A stretch of 63,040 nt of DNA, the filler included, from Candidatus Aminicenantales bacterium (GTDB lineage: Bacteria > Acidobacteriota > Aminicenantia > Aminicenantales > Saccharicenantaceae), in NCBI GenBank assembly GCA_049512315.1. It is 3 parts of 3 records of this genome, joined end to end, with 100 filler letters (N's around TTAATTAATTAA, not from the genome) between each part and the next. Parts side by side here need not be neighbours in the genome. Positions count along the whole stretch, not along the records: positions 1 to 28,088 come from JBEKXF010000035.1; 2 more parts are not named here. One strand, written 5' to 3'. This document shows, piece by piece, positions 1-14,517 of this stretch; positions within the stretch are counted from its first letter, which is position 1; each line of letters starts with the position of its first letter. The position numbers and the translations under genes were made by a program. Under the pieces are notes generated by a model that made no database searches, had not been told where the DNA came from, and saw nothing but the letters and a program-made list of their open reading frames with translations.

Positions 1-353
1 TGGTCCGGGATCTCGACGGGCGCCACCAGTCGGCCCGGCTCCACCGGCGCCTGGGACTGGACCGGCTTGATCCTCGCCGTCTTGGCCACGGCCTTCTTCT
101 TGGCCGGCGGCGGTGGCGGAGGCGGCGGTGGCGGCGGCGGCGCCAGGAACGCGCTGTACACCTCCACCTTCGGCAGCTGCCCGGTCGAAAGCAAGGGGAT
201 GACGATCAACGTGATGATGAGTGTCGCGTGGAGGATCACGGCGATGGGGAGAGCGACGGCTTTTCTCTGCGTGCCCTTGTCGCCCCTGAAGAACGAATCC
301 TTGAAGAGAGAGGGAACTTGGGTTTTCGTAACCTGCTTTTTGACTTCCGCCAT
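1..353 (-). CDS. tonB: Energy transducer TonB family protein (5' part; runs off the window)
   Basis: Minus-strand reading from ATG at 353 (GAGG RBS) gives MAEVKKQ..., one TM helix (LPIAVILHATLIITLIVIPLL), then a poly-Pro tract APPPPPPPPPPPPA. This is typical TonB architecture. Not in the ORF track. Confidence 0.75.
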   Translation of the reverse strand, partial: MAEVKKQVTKTQVPSLFKDSFFRGDKGTQRKAVALPIAVILHATLIITLIVIPLLSTGQLPKVEVYSAFLAPPPPPPPPPPPPAKKKAVAKTARIKPVQSQAPVEPGRLVAPVEIPD

Positions 354-434
354 TGTCCTTACCTCACGCTCGCGATGCTATAAGATAACGCAAGAATAGT
401 ATAAAGTAAAAAAAGCCTTTTGACAAGAGGAAAT

Positions 435-1604
435 TTATCTCCGCGCGCCCTTTTTTTTCTTGAAGAGCTGCGTCCAGAACAGCACGACCGGGCAGGACAG
501 ATAAATCGTTGAGTAGACGCCCTCTATCGAACCGAAGAGCATGAGGAAGGCGAAGTCGTTGATGCTCTTTCCGCCGAAGAGAAACAGGGACAGCACGGCC
601 AGGAAGACCGTGCCCGTCGTGATGATCGTCCGGCCGAGGCTCTGGTTGATGCTCCGGTTGAGGATGACCTCGAACGGCTCCTTCCGCATGCCTTTGAGGT
701 TTTCCCTCACCCGGTCGAAGACGACGACCGTGTCGTTGATGGAATAGCCGACGATCGTCAGCAGCGCGGCGATGATCGGAAGATTGATCTCGCGGTTGGT
801 GAACGAATAAACGCTGAGGCCCATCAGCACGTCCTGGGTCAGGGTAATGATGGCCGAAACGCCATATTCCAGCTTGAACCGGAAGCCGATATAGACGAAC
901 ATCCCGATCAGGGACCAGATGACCGCCAGGGTCGCCTTCTTCCGGAGGTCGGCGCCCGCCTGCGGCCCGACCGTCTCCTTGCTGACGACGGTCATCTTGC
1001 CGAGGAAAGTCTTCGCCTGGAGCTCCCTGATGACGTCCGGGCCGAGGCCGGCCTGGGAGAGGCCGGAATAGTCCTCGATGATCCCGCTCCCCGTTGTTTT
1101 CGTCGTCCGGTAACGGATGACGCTCTTGGCGAGCTCCTCCGCCCCGTCACGAAAGGCCGGCCGGAGGAGCTCCGTCAGGCCCGGGAAGTCGATGCTGTTC
1201 AAATCCTTAAGCCCGCGGGCGGTCTCGGCTTTCCCGTCATCGCCGCGAAGGGCCTCGATGACGCGGTTGCCCAGTTTCTCGTGGGCCTCGATCTCCTGCT
1301 GGGCATCCTTGGCGTTGATGACCTGTAGGGTCCGGATCATGTATTCCCGGCCCGGCTGGCCGCTCTCCTGGATGACGCTTTCGCCCAGGCCCACCCGGTT
1401 GAGCTCGGCCCGGATCTCGGACGTCGTCGTCGGGTTCTTGAAGACGATCCGGATGAGCGTGCCGCCGCCGAAATCGACCCCCATCTTGAGTCCCTTGCCG
1501 AAGAAGACGTTCAGGAGCCCGGCCAGGATGACCACGCCCGTGACCGCCAGGGCGACGAACCGGTATTTCATGAAGTTGATGTTGGGTGTTTTGAAGAGTT
1601 GCAT
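435..1604 (-). CDS. secF: Protein translocase subunit SecF
   Basis: GVDFGGG motif, VGPQAG, GYSINDTVVVFDRVREN; directly downstream of secD. Confidence 0.97.
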   Translation of the reverse strand: MQLFKTPNINFMKYRFVALAVTGVVILAGLLNVFFGKGLKMGVDFGGGTLIRIVFKNPTTTSEIRAELNRVGLGESVIQESGQPGREYMIRTLQVINAKDAQQEIEAHEKLGNRVIEALRGDDGKAETARGLKDLNSIDFPGLTELLRPAFRDGAEELAKSVIRYRTTKTTGSGIIEDYSGLSQAGLGPDVIRELQAKTFLGKMTVVSKETVGPQAGADLRKKATLAVIWSLIGMFVYIGFRFKLEYGVSAIITLTQDVLMGLSVYSFTNREINLPIIAALLTIVGYSINDTVVVFDRVRENLKGMRKEPFEVILNRSINQSLGRTIITTGTVFLAVLSLFLFGGKSINDFAFLMLFGSIEGVYSTIYLSCPVVLFWTQLFKKKKGARR

Positions 1605-1606
1605 GG

Positions 1607-3142
1607 CTAGATACTCAACTTTTGGGTCTTGCTCGAATGGGTGAGGTCAAAGATCAGATGGGAGACGAACACGGCCGTGAACAGGTTGGCGACCAAGCTG
1701 ATGATGAGGGTTACGGCGTATCCTTTGATCGGGCCCGTTCCGAACTGAAAAAGGAAGATGGCCGAGATGATCGTGGTCATGTGCGAGTCGAAGATCGTCC
1801 GGAAGGCCCGGGAGAATCCCAGGCTGATGGAGTTCAGGACGGTTTTCCCCGTGCCGAACTCCTCCCGGATGCGCTCAAAAACAAGGACGTTGCAATCGAC
1901 GGCCATGCCGATGCCCAGGATGATGCCCGCGATGCCGGGCAGGGTTAGGGTGCCGCCGAAATATGCCAGGGACCCGAAGAGGATAATCTGGTTGAAGATC
2001 AGGGCGACGATGGCATTGATGCCCGAGATCTTGTAGTAGATGATCATGAAGGTCATGATCGAGACGAGGGCGACCAGGGCGGCCAGGAGGCCCGCCCGGA
2101 TCGAGTCCGCGCCGAGCGAGGGTCCGATCGTCCGATTCTCGAGGGTCTTGATTCCGGCCGGCAGGGAGCCCGACTTGAGGATGAGGACCAGGTCGTCCGC
2201 CTTCTGAATCGTGAAGTGTCCTTGGATGATGCCGCTGTCGCTGATGCGGGTGTTAATGTTCGGGGCCGATTGGACCTTCTTGTCTAAGATGATGGCCAAC
2301 TGTTTGCCGACGTTTTCTCCGGTCACTTGCTCGAACCGCCGGGCGCCGTCGGGCTTGAGCTGAAACGCCACCGCGGGTTGGTTCCACTCGTCGACAGACC
2401 GGCGGACGAGGCGGAGGTCCTTGCCGGTCACGGAGGCCACCTTGCTGACGAGAAAGTAGCCTCCAGCCTCGGCCTTTGGATCTCCCTTGAGGACTTCCAT
2501 GTCGTCAGGGACCTTGCCGCCATAGTCCTTGAGAAGGGACTCTTCATCCGTCTGCGAGTAGCCCCTGACCAGCTTAAATTCCAGGACGGCGGCCGTCTTG
2601 ATGATGCTCTGGACGCGCTCCGGGTTATCGACGCCGGGCAGTTCGACGATGATCTGCTCGCGGCCGTAGCGCTGGATGATCGGCTCGGCCACGCCGAACT
2701 GGTCGATCCTGTTGCGGATCGTCTCGACGGACTGCTCGACGGCCTGGTCCTTCATCAGCTGCATGGCGACGGCCTTCATCGTGACTGTGGCCATCCCGGA
2801 GCTGAAGGAATAGTCCCAGTCGCGAAGGTACTGGTCGAGCTGCTCCCGGGCCTTGCTTTCCTCGTCCGGGTTGAGGCCCTGGATCGTGAATTTGCCCGGC
2901 GTCGAGCGCGTCATGGAGCTATAGACGATGTTGTTTTTCTTGAAGAGGTCTTGGAGGCGGAGGATTTCCTGGTCTGTTTCCATCGTCACCGCGTCTTGGG
3001 TGATGATCTGCATGACCAGGTGGATACCGCCCTTGAGGTCCAGGCCGAGCTTGATCTTGTCCTGGATCGGCCAGGCGACGATGATCGAAATGATCAGGAC
3101 GGCCAGGGTGAGGAGAATCTTCCAGCGGAGTCCTTTCTTCAT
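1607..3142 (-). CDS. secD: Protein translocase subunit SecD
   Basis: LGLDLKGG, RNRIDQFGVAEP, IGPSLG, GMAVDCNVLVFERIREE. Start trimmed to MKKGLRW (ATG 3142). Confidence 0.97.
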   Translation of the reverse strand: MKKGLRWKILLTLAVLIISIIVAWPIQDKIKLGLDLKGGIHLVMQIITQDAVTMETDQEILRLQDLFKKNNIVYSSMTRSTPGKFTIQGLNPDEESKAREQLDQYLRDWDYSFSSGMATVTMKAVAMQLMKDQAVEQSVETIRNRIDQFGVAEPIIQRYGREQIIVELPGVDNPERVQSIIKTAAVLEFKLVRGYSQTDEESLLKDYGGKVPDDMEVLKGDPKAEAGGYFLVSKVASVTGKDLRLVRRSVDEWNQPAVAFQLKPDGARRFEQVTGENVGKQLAIILDKKVQSAPNINTRISDSGIIQGHFTIQKADDLVLILKSGSLPAGIKTLENRTIGPSLGADSIRAGLLAALVALVSIMTFMIIYYKISGINAIVALIFNQIILFGSLAYFGGTLTLPGIAGIILGIGMAVDCNVLVFERIREEFGTGKTVLNSISLGFSRAFRTIFDSHMTTIISAIFLFQFGTGPIKGYAVTLIISLVANLFTAVFVSHLIFDLTHSSKTQKLSI

Positions 3143-3173
3143 GTGAGCCCCTTCGAGTTGAGATATCCGGCGA

Positions 3174-5721
<2,548 letters not shown>

Positions 5722-5871
5722 GGGATTAGTAAAGCCGGAATCGCCCGGGCTGTCAAGGAGACGCGCAGGGCTGAGGGGCGGGACCGCGAAAGGAAATTAC
5801 GGCTTCGGCGGAAACCCTGTTGCCGAATTCCGCGTTTTTGATTATAGTAGATGTTTTAAAGGCGGCGAGAC

Positions 5872-6573
5872 ATGGAAAAAGAGATAAAGAAAAGAGACAA
5901 GAGCGTGTTCCGGGAATACTTCGAGCTCATCGCCGAGACCGCCGTTTTCGTGTTTTTCGTCATGACCTTCGTTGTCCAGGCCTTCCAGATCCCCACGGGC
6001 TCGATGGAGCCGACCCTGCTCGTCGGGGATTTCCTCTTGGTCAATAAGCTGGCCTACACCCGGCCCGTCCTGCCGCTGGAGGGCGCGATCCTGCCTCGCA
6101 AGACGATCAACCGGAAAGACATCGTCGTGTTCAAGTACCCGAAGGACCTGACCAAGGATTTCGTCAAGCGGGTCATCGCCCTGGAAGGGGAGAAGGTCGA
6201 GATCAAAGACAAGCAGGTCTTCATCAACGACAAGCCGATCCTGGAACCCTACAAGGTCCACGGCGACAGCCAGGTCTATTCCAAGGGCGACGCCTATCAT
6301 TATGACGACCTCATCCGCGACAATTACGGGCCCGTCATCGTTCCCCCGGGGAACTGTTTTGTCATGGGCGACAACCGCGACAACAGCCAGGACAGCCGTT
6401 ACTGGGGCTTCCTGCCGCTCGACCACATCAAGGGCAAACCCTGGGTCATCTACTTTTCCTACACCGCCGAGCGGGACGCCTGGCAGAAGACGAGCCTCCA
6501 AGCCCGGCTGAAGAAGATCGTCAGCCTCATTCCCAAGGCCCGCTGGGGCCGCTTTCTCAAGGTCATCAACTGA
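5872..6573 (+). CDS. lepB: Signal peptidase I
   Basis: IPTGSMEPTL (catalytic Ser), FVKRVIA (Lys), MGDNRDNSQDSRYWG. Confidence 0.97.
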   Translation: MEKEIKKRDKSVFREYFELIAETAVFVFFVMTFVVQAFQIPTGSMEPTLLVGDFLLVNKLAYTRPVLPLEGAILPRKTINRKDIVVFKYPKDLTKDFVKRVIALEGEKVEIKDKQVFINDKPILEPYKVHGDSQVYSKGDAYHYDDLIRDNYGPVIVPPGNCFVMGDNRDNSQDSRYWGFLPLDHIKGKPWVIYFSYTAERDAWQKTSLQARLKKIVSLIPKARWGRFLKVIN

Positions 6574-6684
6574 AGCCCCCCGCCGGTCCGGCGCGGTTGA
6601 CCGGGTTCCCGGAAACGATTAAGATGAGAAAAGCGAAGCCATGGACCATCCCCGGACCGCGCTCCTGACCGGATCCGCGGCAGG

Positions 6685-8880
6685 TTGCCGTTGACGACCG
6701 AAGCCCTGGATACCGTCGAAGGGACGGTCGATCAGGTTGTCTTCTACAATCCCGAGAACGGCTACACCGTTTGCCGCTTTATTGTCGAGAGCGGCGACTC
6801 GCTGACCATCGTCGGCTCCTTCCCGCCTCTTTCCCCGGGGGAGATGCTCAAGGTCAAGGGCCGGTGGGAGCTCAACCCCCGCTTCGGCCGGCAGTTCAAG
6901 GTCGAGCATTTCACCCTGACCCTTCCCGCCTCGGCCAAGGGGATCGAGAAATTCCTGGCTTCCGGGCTCGTCCGGGGCATCGGACCGGTGCTCGCCGCAA
7001 GGATCGTGGCCCGGTTCGGCGCGGGGACGATCGAGCTCCTGACCAAAGACCCGGACCGACTGAAGGAGGTCGAAGGCGTCGGCACGGTCAAGATCCGGGA
7101 GATCAAGAAATCCTGGGCCGAGCACCAGGACATCCGGGACCTGATCATCTTCCTCCAGGAGCATGGCGTCTCGACCAACCTGGCGACCAAGATCTACCGG
7201 CAGTATGGGGACCGGTCGTTCACGGTCCTGAGGACGAACCCCTACCAACTCTGCCTCGACATCTGGGGGATCGGGTTCAAGACGGCCGACCAGATCGCCC
7301 TGAAGCTCGGGATGGACCCCGGGTCGATCGAGCGGGTCAAGGCCTACATCCTTTATATACTCGAAAAGGACAACGAGCAGGGTCACGTCTTCTCCTTTGC
7401 CTCCGAGGTTCGCGAGAAATGCGTCACGGATCTCGAGGTCGAGGCGGACAAAGCGGACCGGGCCCTGGAGGAGCTCCTCAAGGACAAGCGGGCGGTCCGG
7501 GAGGAGGTCGGCGCCGACGCCGCCCTTTACCTTCCCTTTTATTACCAGGCCCAGGAAGAAGTGGCCCGGGCCATCCACAAGCTCGCGGATTTTCCCTGCC
7601 AGCCGCCCGATTTCGACCTCGACCAGGCCATCGCGGCCACGGAAAAGGACCTCGGCCTGGCTTTTTCGGCCCTCCAGAAGAAGGCCGTCCGGGAGAGCTT
7701 CGAGAAAAAGATCCTGGTCATCACGGGCGGTCCGGGGACCGGGAAAACGACCATCATCCGGGCCGTCGTCGACATCTTCCGGAAATGGGGCCGGGAAGCG
7801 CTCCTGGCGGCGCCGACCGGCCGGGCGGCCAAGCGCCTGGCCGAGATGACCGGCCGCGACGCCCGGACCATCCATCGCGTCCTCGAGTTCCAGCCCAAGA
7901 AAGGCGCTTTCAAGAGGAACGAGCGGAACCCGCTCCGCGGCGAGGCCCTGATCGTCGACGAGGTCTCGATGGTCGACCTGCCGCTGATGTACCACCTCCT
8001 CAAGGCGGTTCCGGTCCCGATGAGGCTCATCCTTGTCGGCGACAAGGACCAGTTGCCTTCGGTCGGGCCGGGGACGCTCCTCCGGGACATCATCGAGTCG
8101 GGGACCGTGGACGTCGTCCGGCTCGAAGAGATCTTCCGGCAGGAAAAAGAGAGCTACATCGTCCTCAATGCCCACCGTGTCAACCAGGGCCAGTCCCTCA
8201 TCTACCCGCCCCGGGAAGACGAGGCCGCCGACTTTTTCTTCGTCCGCAGGGACGACGAGAAGAAGGCCTTCGACACGATCATGAAGCTCTGCTCCTGGAG
8301 CGTGCCCCGGAAACTCGGGCTGAGCCCGCTCTCGCCGCAGATCCAGGTCATCAGTCCCATGTACAAGGGCCTCGTGGGGGTGGACAACCTGAACCTGGAG
8401 CTCCAGAAGCGGCTCAACCCCGGGGGCGAAGGCCTCAAGGCCGGGCTCCGTGAGTACCGGGCCCGCGACAAGGTCATGCAGCTCAGGAACGATTATGAAA
8501 AGGACGTCTTCAACGGCGACATCGGGACGATCCTCCACGTGGACAAGGCGAAATTCCGCCTCTTCGTGGACTACGACGGCCGGACCGTCAGCTACGAGAA
8601 GGACGAGATTAACAACATCAACCTGGCCTACGCCGTTTCCGTCCACAAGGCCCAGGGCAGCGAGTACCAGGCGGTGATCATGCCGCTCATGACCCAGCAC
8701 TTCATCATGCTCCAGAGGAACCTCTTTTACACGGCCCTGACCCGGGCCAAGAAGCTGAGCATCATCGTCGGCTCCTTCAAGGCTCTCTACATCGCGATCA
8801 AGAACGACAAGCCCGTCAAGAGGAACAGCCTGGTCAAGGAAAAGCTGATGCGCATCGGCGGGGGAGAGGGACGGCCCTGA
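6685..8880 (+). CDS. recD2: ATP-dependent RecD2-like DNA helicase
   Basis: N-terminal OB and HhH regions, GGPGTGKTT, APTGRAAKR, DEVSMVD, VHKAQGSEY, YTALTRAK. Confidence 0.95.
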   Translation: MPLTTEALDTVEGTVDQVVFYNPENGYTVCRFIVESGDSLTIVGSFPPLSPGEMLKVKGRWELNPRFGRQFKVEHFTLTLPASAKGIEKFLASGLVRGIGPVLAARIVARFGAGTIELLTKDPDRLKEVEGVGTVKIREIKKSWAEHQDIRDLIIFLQEHGVSTNLATKIYRQYGDRSFTVLRTNPYQLCLDIWGIGFKTADQIALKLGMDPGSIERVKAYILYILEKDNEQGHVFSFASEVREKCVTDLEVEADKADRALEELLKDKRAVREEVGADAALYLPFYYQAQEEVARAIHKLADFPCQPPDFDLDQAIAATEKDLGLAFSALQKKAVRESFEKKILVITGGPGTGKTTIIRAVVDIFRKWGREALLAAPTGRAAKRLAEMTGRDARTIHRVLEFQPKKGAFKRNERNPLRGEALIVDEVSMVDLPLMYHLLKAVPVPMRLILVGDKDQLPSVGPGTLLRDIIESGTVDVVRLEEIFRQEKESYIVLNAHRVNQGQSLIYPPREDEAADFFFVRRDDEKKAFDTIMKLCSWSVPRKLGLSPLSPQIQVISPMYKGLVGVDNLNLELQKRLNPGGEGLKAGLREYRARDKVMQLRNDYEKDVFNGDIGTILHVDKAKFRLFVDYDGRTVSYEKDEINNINLAYAVSVHKAQGSEYQAVIMPLMTQHFIMLQRNLFYTALTRAKKLSIIVGSFKALYIAIKNDKPVKRNSLVKEKLMRIGGGEGRP

Positions 8881-8986
8881 GGGCCCGTTCCGGCTTCTCC
8901 GCTTGTTTGACAGCCAGGGGGAATTCAATATAATGAGCACGTCTTCGCCGTCTCGAAGATATCAACGCCGGAAGGACAATAGAGGA

Positions 8987-9448
8987 ATGGGCGAACACCG
9001 ATGGGAGAGCGTAAGCGATGTCATCGCGTTCGCCATCGGGCGGGAGATCGAGGCGGCCGAAGGCTACGGCCGCATGGCCGGGATGGCGACGGCGCCCGGC
9101 CTGCGGGATCTCCTCCTCGAGCTCAAAGGAGAAGAGGAGAACCACCGCAGGCTCCTGGAGAACCTGACCGCCGCCGGGCTCGACGCGACTGCCGCCCCTC
9201 CCATGGGGGATATGGGGCTCACCGACGCCCTGCCCGTCGAGCTCCCGGCGCCCGACATGACGCTTCAAGACCTTCTCATTTTCGCCGCCCGGAAGGAAAA
9301 GAAGGCCGAGGAGCTGTACACCGGCCTGGCCCGGAGTCCGGAGGTCGCCGGCGGGCGGAAGGTCTTCGAGTTCCTGGCCGGTCAGGAACGGGCCCACAAG
9401 CTCAGGCTCGAAGCCGAATATGAAAAGCACATCCTGAGCGAGGATTGA
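8987..9448 (+). CDS. Ferritin-like/rubrerythrin family protein
   Basis: Paired E..ExxH motifs (AIGRE, EEENH, AARKE, QERAH); start at MGEHRW with GAGG RBS. Confidence 0.85.
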   Translation: MGEHRWESVSDVIAFAIGREIEAAEGYGRMAGMATAPGLRDLLLELKGEEENHRRLLENLTAAGLDATAAPPMGDMGLTDALPVELPAPDMTLQDLLIFAARKEKKAEELYTGLARSPEVAGGRKVFEFLAGQERAHKLRLEAEYEKHILSED

Positions 9449-9463
9449 AACGAGGAGGACGAT

Positions 9464-9625
9464 ATGGAAAAATGGGAATGCCAGGCCTGCGGCTATATCT
9501 ATGACCCGGCCCTGGGCGATCCGGACAACGGGATCCCCGCCGGGACCAGCTTCGAAGACCTGCCGGAGACCTGGACCTGCCCCCAGTGCGGAGTGGACAA
9601 AGAATTTTTCCAGAAAGTCTCCTAG
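9464..9625 (+). CDS. Rubredoxin (53 aa, below the ORF-track cutoff)
   Basis: [53 protein letters not shown]; canonical CxxCGY...WxCPxCG; GAGGAGG RBS. Confidence 0.97.
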   Translation: MEKWECQACGYIYDPALGDPDNGIPAGTSFEDLPETWTCPQCGVDKEFFQKVS

Positions 9626-9652
9626 TCGCGCCGGGAGGGAGGCGCTTTGCCA

Positions 9653-10855
9653 ATGAGAGCCGTGATCGTCGGGAGCGGGCTGGCCGGCACCATGGCCGCC
9701 AAGACGCTCCGCGAGCTCGATGACGGAGTCGAAATTGAGATCTTTGGGGAAGAAAAACATCCTTATTATCCCCGGCCCAACCTGATCGAGTTCATCGCCG
9801 GGCGGCTTCCCCTTGACCGGCTTTTTGCCTTCCCCCCCGATTGGAATTCCCGGCAGCGGATCGAGGTCCACCTTGGCCAGAAGATCGAACGCCTCCGGCC
9901 GGCCGAGAAAATGATCGAGACCGCGGCCGGCCTGGCTGTCCCCTACGATGTCCTGCTCCTCGCGAACGGCTGCCGGGCCGCCGTCCCGCCGCTTCGCGGC
10001 GGCGGCCGGAAGGGCGTCTTCGTTCTCCGGACCCTTGACGACGCCCTGTCCATCCTGGATTACATGAAGGGTCATCCACGGGCGGCCGTCCTCGGCGGGG
10101 GACTGCTCGGTCTCGAGATCGCCCGCGCCCTCAAAACCGCCGGGGCGGAGGTCGGGGTCGTCGAGTTCTTCGACCGGCTTCTGCCGCGCCAGCTGGACCC
10201 GGCCGGCGCGGGGATCATCAAGGCGCAAATGGAGAAGATGGGGATCGAGGTCCAGGTAGGTAAGGTCACGGAGGAGATCCTGGGCGACGGGGAGGCCAAA
10301 GGGCTGCGGTTCCAGGGCGGCGGAATGATGGAAGCCGACATGGTGGTCATCGCTGCGGGGGTCAAGCCGGAAACCGGCCCCGCCCGGGAGGCGGGGCTGG
10401 CCGTCAACCGCGGCATCCTGGTCGACGACCGTCTCCGCTCGAGCGCCGAGGGCATTTTTGTCGCCGGCGATGCCGCCGAGCACCGGGGCAACGTCTATGG
10501 CATTATCCCGGCCTCGTTCGAGCAGTCCCGGACGGCCGCCTACAACATGCTGGGGATCGATAAGCCCTATTCCGGCACGGTGCCCTCGGCGACGCTCAAG
10601 GTCGCCGGGCTCTCCGTGACGTCCGTCGGCCTCGTCGTCCCCGAAGAAGGCGGCTACGAAGTCCTGGCCCGGGCTCTGCCCGAAGCCGGAGTGTACAAGA
10701 AACTCGTCCTCAAGGACGGCCTCCTCGTCGGGGCCATCTGGATGGGGACGAAGAAGGGCGTCGCGGAGATCAGCCGGCTCGTCGCCCTGAACAAGAACGT
10801 GGACCGCTGGAAGGATAGCCTCCTGGAGGATGCGTTCGACTGGAGCGGAGTCTGA
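9653..10855 (+). CDS. FAD/NAD(P)H-dependent oxidoreductase, probable NADH:rubredoxin oxidoreductase
   Basis: GSGLAG (FAD) and GGGLLGLE (NAD) motifs, AGDAAE; immediately downstream of rubredoxin. Confidence 0.88.
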   Translation: MRAVIVGSGLAGTMAAKTLRELDDGVEIEIFGEEKHPYYPRPNLIEFIAGRLPLDRLFAFPPDWNSRQRIEVHLGQKIERLRPAEKMIETAAGLAVPYDVLLLANGCRAAVPPLRGGGRKGVFVLRTLDDALSILDYMKGHPRAAVLGGGLLGLEIARALKTAGAEVGVVEFFDRLLPRQLDPAGAGIIKAQMEKMGIEVQVGKVTEEILGDGEAKGLRFQGGGMMEADMVVIAAGVKPETGPAREAGLAVNRGILVDDRLRSSAEGIFVAGDAAEHRGNVYGIIPASFEQSRTAAYNMLGIDKPYSGTVPSATLKVAGLSVTSVGLVVPEEGGYEVLARALPEAGVYKKLVLKDGLLVGAIWMGTKKGVAEISRLVALNKNVDRWKDSLLEDAFDWSGV

Positions 10856-10860
10856 CAACC

Positions 10861-11856
10861 ATGAAAAACAAGCTTTTGCCCTTTGTCCTCATTGTCGGCG
10901 TCCTCATGTCCGGGGCCGCTCCTCTCAGGGGGAACGTCACAGCCACGTATGGGGGCTATCTTGCTTTTGAATTCCTCAAGGGCCAGGTCCAGAGCGATTT
11001 CGCCCGGGGGTCCATCCAGAACATCCAGGCCGGGTTCCTGGCCTCCGGCGCCGTAACGTCGAATTGGACATTTGGCCTGGAGGTTCGCTCGAGGAGCGAA
11101 TCGCTATTCCAGATCGAGCAAGCCTGGGTCGGCTTCGTGCCTTCGCAAGTCGTCAGCGTCAAGGCGGGAATGTATCTCGTTCCCTTCGGGATCTGGAACC
11201 GGGCCAGCCGGCCCCACGAGGCGCCTCTCATCGGGACCCCTCTCAACCTGGAGTATCTCTACCCTGCCAGCTGGCGGGACCTGGGGCTTATGGTCGAAGG
11301 CAAGATCGGGATCCTGGCCTATGCCGCGTACATCGGCAACGGGCTCAAGGAAGCGGACAGCCTCCAGGGCGGCCAGCAGTTTTCCGACAACAACAAGGAC
11401 AAGGGAAAGGGCGGCCGCCTGGGCCTCGAATTCGGCGAGGGGCTCCAAGCCGCCGTCTCCTACTACACGGGGAAATATGACGACCTCAACGAACGCCGCC
11501 TCACCCTCGAGGGCGCGGACTTCTCGTGGGTGACGGGCCAGTGGGAGGTCAAGGCCGAGGCTACCCAGGCCCTCATCGAGAACCCGGAACCGTTCGCCAA
11601 GGGAAAGTCCGAGGGCTATTCCGTCTGGATGGTCATGAAGTTCGCCACCCTCCAGCCTGTGGGGAGCTTCCAGAAGGTCAAGGTCGACGACCCTTACCAC
11701 GGGGGGGGCATCGCGATAGACCGGAGCCGCTGGACGCTCGGCTGTCGCGTGGTCCTCGGCCCGAACCTGTTCCTCAAGGCCGAATATGAGTGGAACAAGG
11801 AGACCCCGAAGATCAAGGACAATCTGTTGCGGGTCCAGGCGGCCCTCGGCTTCTGA
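10861..11856 (+). CDS. Putative outer-membrane beta-barrel/porin
   Basis: Signal peptide, alternating amphipathic strands, C-terminal Phe (…QAALGF). Confidence 0.7.
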   Translation: MKNKLLPFVLIVGVLMSGAAPLRGNVTATYGGYLAFEFLKGQVQSDFARGSIQNIQAGFLASGAVTSNWTFGLEVRSRSESLFQIEQAWVGFVPSQVVSVKAGMYLVPFGIWNRASRPHEAPLIGTPLNLEYLYPASWRDLGLMVEGKIGILAYAAYIGNGLKEADSLQGGQQFSDNNKDKGKGGRLGLEFGEGLQAAVSYYTGKYDDLNERRLTLEGADFSWVTGQWEVKAEATQALIENPEPFAKGKSEGYSVWMVMKFATLQPVGSFQKVKVDDPYHGGGIAIDRSRWTLGCRVVLGPNLFLKAEYEWNKETPKIKDNLLRVQAALGF

Positions 11857-11944
11857 GCCTTGAGTCGACCGCCCGAATTTGATACAATCCCCGCGACCCA
11901 CGGCGCTCGGACTCGGCCCGGAAATATTCACGGACAAAGGATGA

Positions 11945-13279
<1,335 letters not shown>

Positions 13280-13290
13280 GGAGAGCCGGG

Positions 13291-14436
13291 ATGGCCGGAG
13301 GATTCCTGCAACAGATCGAGATCAGCCGGGCCGCCCTCGTCCACAACATCGGCGAGTTCCGCCGCATCATCGGCCCCCGGCGGAAGTTCATGGCCGTCGT
13401 CAAGGCGAACGCTTACGGCCACGGCCTGCTCGAGGTCGCCGGGGTCGCCCTCGAGAACGGCGTCGACTGGCTCGGCGTCAATTCCGTGGACGAGGGGGTC
13501 GCGCTCCGCGACGCCGGCATCGCCTCACCGATCCTCATCCTGGGCTACGTTCCGCTCGACGCGCTGGGGGAAGCCGTGGCCCGCGACCTGAGGCTCATCG
13601 TCTACAACCGCCGGACGGTCGAACGGCTGGCCGCCATCGCCCGCCGGCAGGGGAGGACGGCCACCGTTCACGTCAAGGTGGAGACTGGCACCCGGCGCCA
13701 GGGCGTGGAGGTCAAGGACGTCTGGCCGTTCGTCCGCGACATCCGCCGGCACGAAGAGCTCATCCTGGAAGGGTTGTCGTCGCACTTCGCTAACATCGAG
13801 GACACGACCAAGCACGACTACCCGCGGCTCCAGCTCGAGGCCTTCAAGGCCGCCGTCCGGACGGTCCGGGCCCACGGCATGCGCATCCCGGTCAAGCACA
13901 TGTCCTGCACGGCGTCGACCATCCTCTTCCCGGAGACCGATTTCAGCATGGCCCGGGTCGGGATCGGCCTCTACGGCTACTGGCCGTCCAAGGAAACCTA
14001 CCTGTCCTGCCTCCAGAAAAAGCGGGAGCCGCTCTCGCTCACGCCCGTCCTCTCGTGGAGAGCCCGGATCGCCCAGGTCAAGAAGATCGGCCCCGACTCC
14101 TGCGTCGGGTATGGCTGTACCTATCAAACGACGCGGCCGACCGTCCTGGCCGTCGTCCCAGTCGGATACTTCGACGGCTACGGCCGCGGCCTCTCCAACA
14201 CCGCCCACGTCCTCGTCCGGGGGCGCCGGGCGCCGGTGCGGGGCCGGGTGGCCATGGATTTCCTCATGGCCGACGTCACGGACATCCCGGGCGTTCGTCT
14301 CGAGGACGAGGTGACGCTCATCGGCGCCGACGGGAAGGAGAGGATTACGGCCGACGACCTCGCCGGGTTCGCCGGGACCATCAGCTACGAGATCCTGGCC
14401 CGGATCAACGCGCTCATCCCCCGGGTCATCGTCTAA
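13291..14436 (+). CDS. alr: Alanine racemase
   Basis: PLP lysine motif AVVKANAYGHG, GYFDG, GRVAMD, GTISYE. Alternative start at 13276. Confidence 0.96.
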   Translation: MAGGFLQQIEISRAALVHNIGEFRRIIGPRRKFMAVVKANAYGHGLLEVAGVALENGVDWLGVNSVDEGVALRDAGIASPILILGYVPLDALGEAVARDLRLIVYNRRTVERLAAIARRQGRTATVHVKVETGTRRQGVEVKDVWPFVRDIRRHEELILEGLSSHFANIEDTTKHDYPRLQLEAFKAAVRTVRAHGMRIPVKHMSCTASTILFPETDFSMARVGIGLYGYWPSKETYLSCLQKKREPLSLTPVLSWRARIAQVKKIGPDSCVGYGCTYQTTRPTVLAVVPVGYFDGYGRGLSNTAHVLVRGRRAPVRGRVAMDFLMADVTDIPGVRLEDEVTLIGADGKERITADDLAGFAGTISYEILARINALIPRVIV

Positions 14437-14517
14437 CCTCTACAGCCCATCATTCTTATGGAGCGGTTTCGATTCCGCGGATTTGTGTGCTAAGATATTT
14501 TCACGGAGGTTGACACA

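Noticed and set aside
67..399. Plus-strand poly-Gly ORF
   Set aside because: Mirror of the TonB poly-Pro tract on the minus strand.
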